This document shows, piece by piece, positions 59,662 through 64,000 of a DNA stretch of 64,000 nt (the first letter of the stretch is position 1; each line of letters begins with the position of its first letter). The notes below the pieces were generated by a model, which worked only from the letters and a program-made list of their open reading frames with translations, ran no database searches and was not told the origin of the DNA. The position numbers and the translations under genes were made by a program. This DNA comes from Candidatus Cloacimonadales bacterium (lineage in GTDB: Bacteria > Cloacimonadota > Cloacimonadia > Cloacimonadales > JAFGVF01), in assembly GCA_963663475.2 (NCBI GenBank), contig CAXXJV010000001.1, forward strand, positions 384,001 to 448,000, given 5' to 3'.

Positions 59662-62600
59662 TTATTTATCTAAGAGATATTGAATAGCTGTTTTCAACTG
59701 CCTATCATTATCATTAATCATATCTTCAGGTGTAAGTTCTACTCTGATATCAGGTTGAACTCCATTACCTTCCATATTAGTTCCACTTAAAGTCCACCAA
59801 CCTGATCTAGGTAATCTTAGAGATGAACCATCAAAGAGGTCAATATCAAAGGTACCGATTACTGATCCACTTGTTGGCATACCAATAATAGTCCCTAGCT
59901 TTTGTTCCTGCATTAGGTGAGGAAATACCTCAGCATCTGAGAAGGAATCTTCATCAATTAGAACAACAATGGGTTTGTCATAGTAACGAGCGGGAGTTTT
60001 CATTTTCCTAAATCCCCAACCCCTATAGGAAGAAATTGAGAGAGGTCTTTTGCGAATAGCTTCAACAAGTTCTTCACTAATATTACCACCACCATTACCT
60101 CTAACATCGATAATAAAACCATCTTTCTTAATATTATCGTTCCAAAAGTCTTCTAAGAATTTTTTATAAGCAGTATTATTCATACGTCTGATATGCAAGT
60201 AAGCTAGCTTGCCATCACTAATTTCATTAACTATTTCCCTACGTCTGTTAACCCAGTCATTATACTCTAGGTCATAATTACGACTCCAATCAAAGCCTTC
60301 AATCCAAACATCAAAGGCTTCCTCTTTTTGCTTTTTAACCCTAAGTTTTACCTTGCGATTAACGATATTAAAGAAAAGAGGATAAATATCGACATCAGGA
60401 GTAATTTCTTGGTCATTAATTGCTAGAATCAAATCTCCTTCTTCTAGTTTATAATAATCTTTTAGACTTGTCCCATCATAAAGTCTTCTAAGTTTGACAC
60501 CTTTATTGAGTCTTTCTGAAAGGTCAAATTCAACTCCAATATAGCCAATCTGATAAGAGAATCTTGAATCATAGTATTTAGGAGAAAATCCTGTATGGGA
60601 AGCATTTACTTCGCCAATCATTTCATCAACGATATTGGATAAAACTTCTTCATCATAACAGTATTGTAGGTAAGGTTCATACTTTTCATAAAGTTCATCC
60701 CAGTCAACCCCATGCATTTGAGGATCGTAGAAGCTTAAGCCAAAGACTCCCCAGACTTCTTTGAAAACTTGTTGTCTAAGATTTTTTAAATCAAATTCAT
60801 AGAAGAAGCTATTTTTAATTTCTCCACTAGCTCTAGTTTTTAAGTTATAAGAGTTAAGTTTACTTCCATCATTATAGTAATAAGTAGAGGATTTATCATT
60901 ATAAGAGAAGTAAGTTCTATCGTTAATAGTGGTTAGCTTTTCTTCATTTTGTCCTTGATAATTAGACTTATAAAGATTTGTAGAACCATTTGAATTAGCA
61001 TAATAAATAGTTGAGTCATTAACTACCGATAGAATATAGTTATATCCTGGATGAGAAACAATTGTAGTTATTCTGGATTCAACACCTGGAAGGTCAATAT
61101 CCAATTCAGGATAATCTTTAGGGAGCTTATCTCCTGTCTCTTTCTTTTCTTCTACTTGGTCTGAACTATTGAGCAGTTTTTCCCAAGGATCCTGATAATC
61201 TGCAAGTTTATCAAAAGGCCTTAAATCTATCCGTCTAATATCTCCTGATTCGGTAAAGAATAATGATTTATCGTCTTTACCCCAAGTTAGATTATAGATA
61301 GATTTATAGGAGTTATAAAGTAGATAGGATTCTTGAATAATTGTATCTCTAAGATAAAGATAGGTTACTCTTTTCTCCATATCAAATTCAACATAAGCAA
61401 TATAACGTGAATTTATCCTATCTGCATATTCAGTAACATCATACTTATTAAAATCAATTGGAGTAAAATAAGTAAAAGTTGAATCAGCTATAGCAATATG
61501 ACGTCTATCTCTATCAATGTAATAATCAATAATGTAGTTTCCAGCTGGACTTTTACTAATTCCCGAGATAGAATAATCTTCACTCCAAGCTATCTTCTCT
61601 ATTTCCTGAGGATTATCTATAGTAAATTTAAAGATTTTACCTTCTCCTCTTTCTCTGCCATTAACCACAACAGTCTTGTTATCGCTTAATATTCTAATAC
61701 CTTCATAAGGAACCTGATTGTAAGTAATCTGTTTAACTGGTCCGCCAGCTGCTGGCATCATAAAGAGGTCATATTCATAATTGAAAATAACAAAATCATC
61801 ATTAGGAGATACTTCAAAATCAGCAAAACCGTTTGTAACATATCTGCGTATCATGCTATTAACATCTTGGTTCTCTCTAATATCGATATCTAATTTTCTT
61901 AATTTATCTCCTCTTTCAGGCTTATCATCATAAATCCAGATTTCATCAAACTTCTCAAAAGCAATAATATCCTTTACCTGAGCAATAGAAATATCTCTAA
62001 CAGACCATGTTGGAAAATCAGTAAGTTGTTCTTCATTATTAAAATCGAAATTATTTACCCTGAATAACTGAAAAACTTGGCCATCAGATTTAGCGTAATA
62101 TAGTCTTTCTGGATAAACCTTTGATAATTCTGGATATCTTTCTGTCAACTCATTATCAGTCAACTTCTCATACTTATCTTGCTTGATATCATACTTCCAT
62201 AATTCTCCATCAGTTGAGCCACGATAAGCTTCCCTATAAGGATCACCTCTATCAGAATATATAATTGAATTACCATCTTGACTAATAGAAGGGAAGGAAC
62301 CACCTATTGGAGTAATTTCCACGTCTCTTGACTCATCAAGACTAACCTTATAAAAAGCAGAACCTAATCTGGGAGAATATTTATTAGCTAGGATATTTTC
62401 CCCATCTGGGAACCAAGTTAAGAGTCCCAATCCAGCTCCACTCACCTTAGTAATTTCACCACCTATTGCAGGAATAGTATATACAGCGTTATAGCCATCT
62501 TTGTAATAATTGAATGCTATTGTTTGCCCGTCAGGAGAATACTTAGGACTACTTATACCTGAATCGGTATCAGTTAATCTACTGGCGAGACCACCCTCAA

Positions 62601-62748
62601 TAGCTACTTTCCATAAATCTCCTCGATAAACAAAAGTTACTTCACTTGCATCTGGTGATACAGCTGGGTCTTTTACGAAATGTGGTTCAAATGCCGCAAC
62701 ATAAATACTCATGATTAGCAAAAACCCTACAATTAAAATCTTCTTCAT
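59662..62748 (-). CDS. Tricorn-like S41 protease (beta-propellers, PDZ, catalytic domain)
   Basis: Signal peptide, SPDG repeats, FYDP.MHGVDW, NASH, DVRGNGGG, SFSDAE, EGNGVQPD. Confidence 0.93.
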   Translation of the reverse strand: MKKILIVGFLLIMSIYVAAFEPHFVKDPAVSPDASEVTFVYRGDLWKVAIEGGLASRLTDTDSGISSPKYSPDGQTIAFNYYKDGYNAVYTIPAIGGEITKVSGAGLGLLTWFPDGENILANKYSPRLGSAFYKVSLDESRDVEITPIGGSFPSISQDGNSIIYSDRGDPYREAYRGSTDGELWKYDIKQDKYEKLTDNELTERYPELSKVYPERLYYAKSDGQVFQLFRVNNFDFNNEEQLTDFPTWSVRDISIAQVKDIIAFEKFDEIWIYDDKPERGDKLRKLDIDIRENQDVNSMIRRYVTNGFADFEVSPNDDFVIFNYEYDLFMMPAAGGPVKQITYNQVPYEGIRILSDNKTVVVNGRERGEGKIFKFTIDNPQEIEKIAWSEDYSISGISKSPAGNYIIDYYIDRDRRHIAIADSTFTYFTPIDFNKYDVTEYADRINSRYIAYVEFDMEKRVTYLYLRDTIIQESYLLYNSYKSIYNLTWGKDDKSLFFTESGDIRRIDLRPFDKLADYQDPWEKLLNSSDQVEEKKETGDKLPKDYPELDIDLPGVESRITTIVSHPGYNYILSVVNDSTIYYANSNGSTNLYKSNYQGQNEEKLTTINDRTYFSYNDKSSTYYYNDGSKLNSYNLKTRASGEIKNSFFYEFDLKNLRQQVFKEVWGVFGLSFYDPQMHGVDWDELYEKYEPYLQYCYDEEVLSNIVDEMIGEVNASHTGFSPKYYDSRFSYQIGYIGVEFDLSERLNKGVKLRRLYDGTSLKDYYKLEEGDLILAINDQEITPDVDIYPLFFNIVNRKVKLRVKKQKEEAFDVWIEGFDWSRNYDLEYNDWVNRRREIVNEISDGKLAYLHIRRMNNTAYKKFLEDFWNDNIKKDGFIIDVRGNGGGNISEELVEAIRKRPLSISSYRGWGFRKMKTPARYYDKPIVVLIDEDSFSDAEVFPHLMQEQKLGTIIGMPTSGSVIGTFDIDLFDGSSLRLPRSGWWTLSGTNMEGNGVQPDIRVELTPEDMINDNDRQLKTAIQYLLDK

Positions 62749-62755
62749 TTTATCC

Positions 62756-64000
62756 TCATCTTAAGTTTATTATTTCTTTATTATCATAAAAAGTATCTGA
62801 AACAATTAATGATTCTTTTAATATTTTAAGTCTTACACCATTGCCCAGTTTTCCCTTGCTTTTAATCATTAAAGCATCTCTATTATCAAGATCTATAGCC
62901 TCTTCAACCTTGTTTGATAAAAGTTCTTCTAGCTGTTTAATCTCTTTTTTTATTATAGCAACTTTCTCATTCTGACTATCATTTTCATTAAAATATACCA
63001 GCTCTCGAGTTAAAATCATTAATTGTTGTTTGGTATATGGACTTACACTTATTTCAAGTTCTGAACAAGTATCACCTTCATTTCTTACATCATAGACTTG
63101 AATAAATCTAGAACTTTGAAGGTTGGAAGCAATAACTTTAGCCTCTTTTATTAAGCTAATAGATATTTCTCCTACTAGGCTTGAGTAAAAAACATCACCT
63201 GAAACGGTTAAGTCTTTTCCTGAAAAAACTTTTGAACTTTTTATCTGGCCACATTCAATAGATTGAGGACAAGTAACACCTGCCCCATTACAGTTTTCAA
63301 GACTACCATTGATACTAATGCCATGCTCTCCATAAAGATTACTTTTGAAGACATTACCATTAATTGTTAGCTGCCCAATTACCCTTATATGGCGAACATT
63401 ACTAACATTACCATTAATAGTAAGATTACCTAAAACATAGATATTACCGTAATCCCTATCAATATCATGTTCTATGTATAAATGATTTGTTATATTATAC
63501 TTACCATCACTAGATAAAGACAAGTAGCCACTCTTGCTGGCAATAAATTCTCGAGATTCTAAGTTAAAATCAAGATTATCACCCCGATACTTATCTATTA
63601 GTTTTTTCCTACCTTCAAGGGTTAAGAGGTAGTTTCCATAAACATCTTTTCGAGAAAACATATCTTCATCGTAAGATAATTTCCCTATTGCTGATCCTTT
63701 TTGGACATAGACTAACTTGAAAATATTTGCCTCGTTAATAGGTGTCTTAGCATATAAGAGTTCTTCACTGTCATAATAGAGATCTAGCCTAACCTCTTGA
63801 TCAATTGCTGGAACTTCTGCAATTTTAAAAGGATGATATAATTCTTTCTCTCCTTCTTGATCAATACTAGGAATAAATCCATTGCTTATACCAGCTTTAG
63901 CAATTAAGTCTAAAATCTCATCTTGAGTAATAAAACCATTATCACGCTTAATTGTCATTGTAGCACATAAATGATTTTCAGTAACTTCTATTAAAATATC
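62756..64000 (-). CDS. FapA/DUF342 family protein, 5' end outside the window
   Basis: Frame stays open upstream of ATG 63958 to the window edge (DILIEVTENHLCAT); KDVYG, A..SG, YGNI...G.L.I.G.V beta-helix, C-terminal coiled coil. Confidence 0.75.
   Translation of the reverse strand, partial: DILIEVTENHLCATMTIKRDNGFITQDEILDLIAKAGISNGFIPSIDQEGEKELYHPFKIAEVPAIDQEVRLDLYYDSEELLYAKTPINEANIFKLVYVQKGSAIGKLSYDEDMFSRKDVYGNYLLTLEGRKKLIDKYRGDNLDFNLESREFIASKSGYLSLSSDGKYNITNHLYIEHDIDRDYGNIYVLGNLTINGNVSNVRHIRVIGQLTINGNVFKSNLYGEHGISINGSLENCNGAGVTCPQSIECGQIKSSKVFSGKDLTVSGDVFYSSLVGEISISLIKEAKVIASNLQSSRFIQVYDVRNEGDTCSELEISVSPYTKQQLMILTRELVYFNENDSQNEKVAIIKKEIKQLEELLSNKVEEAIDLDNRDALMIKSKGKLGNGVRLKILKESLIVSDTFYDNKEIINLR

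Overview
AT-rich chromosomal window from a diderm bacterium (lpxK, lnt). The T9SS-type C-terminal domains, GWxTD proteins and general gene style suggest an FCB-related lineage such as Cloacimonadota, but this is inference only. Most of the window is housekeeping: comF, purQ/purS, hisS, serA-like, dprA, obgE, recJ, lnt, lpxK, priA, ackA, dnaE, prmC, uraA and a tricorn protease. The main candidate system is an ~11.3 kb, seven-gene minus-strand operon (31850-43108). It encodes an outer-membrane barrel-like protein, a 2147-aa TPR-like protein, a small exported protein, a TolQ/ExbB homolog, two different TolR/ExbD homologs and an FHA-like/TM/TonB-like protein. This parts list resembles the myxobacterial Agl-Glt trans-envelope motor core. 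Also present are a PorU-like C25 sortase beside a CTD cargo protein, tandem GWxTD genes coupled to dnaE, and a hybrid kinase lacking its phospho-His. The intergenic spaces hold several families of non-coding palindromic repeats: a fold-back MITE with ACCC...GGGT ends, a long hairpin with a compensatory base change, and REP/REPIN-like clusters. No transposase, rRNA, tRNA or CRISPR array was seen. All calls come from motif recognition by eye, with no database searches.
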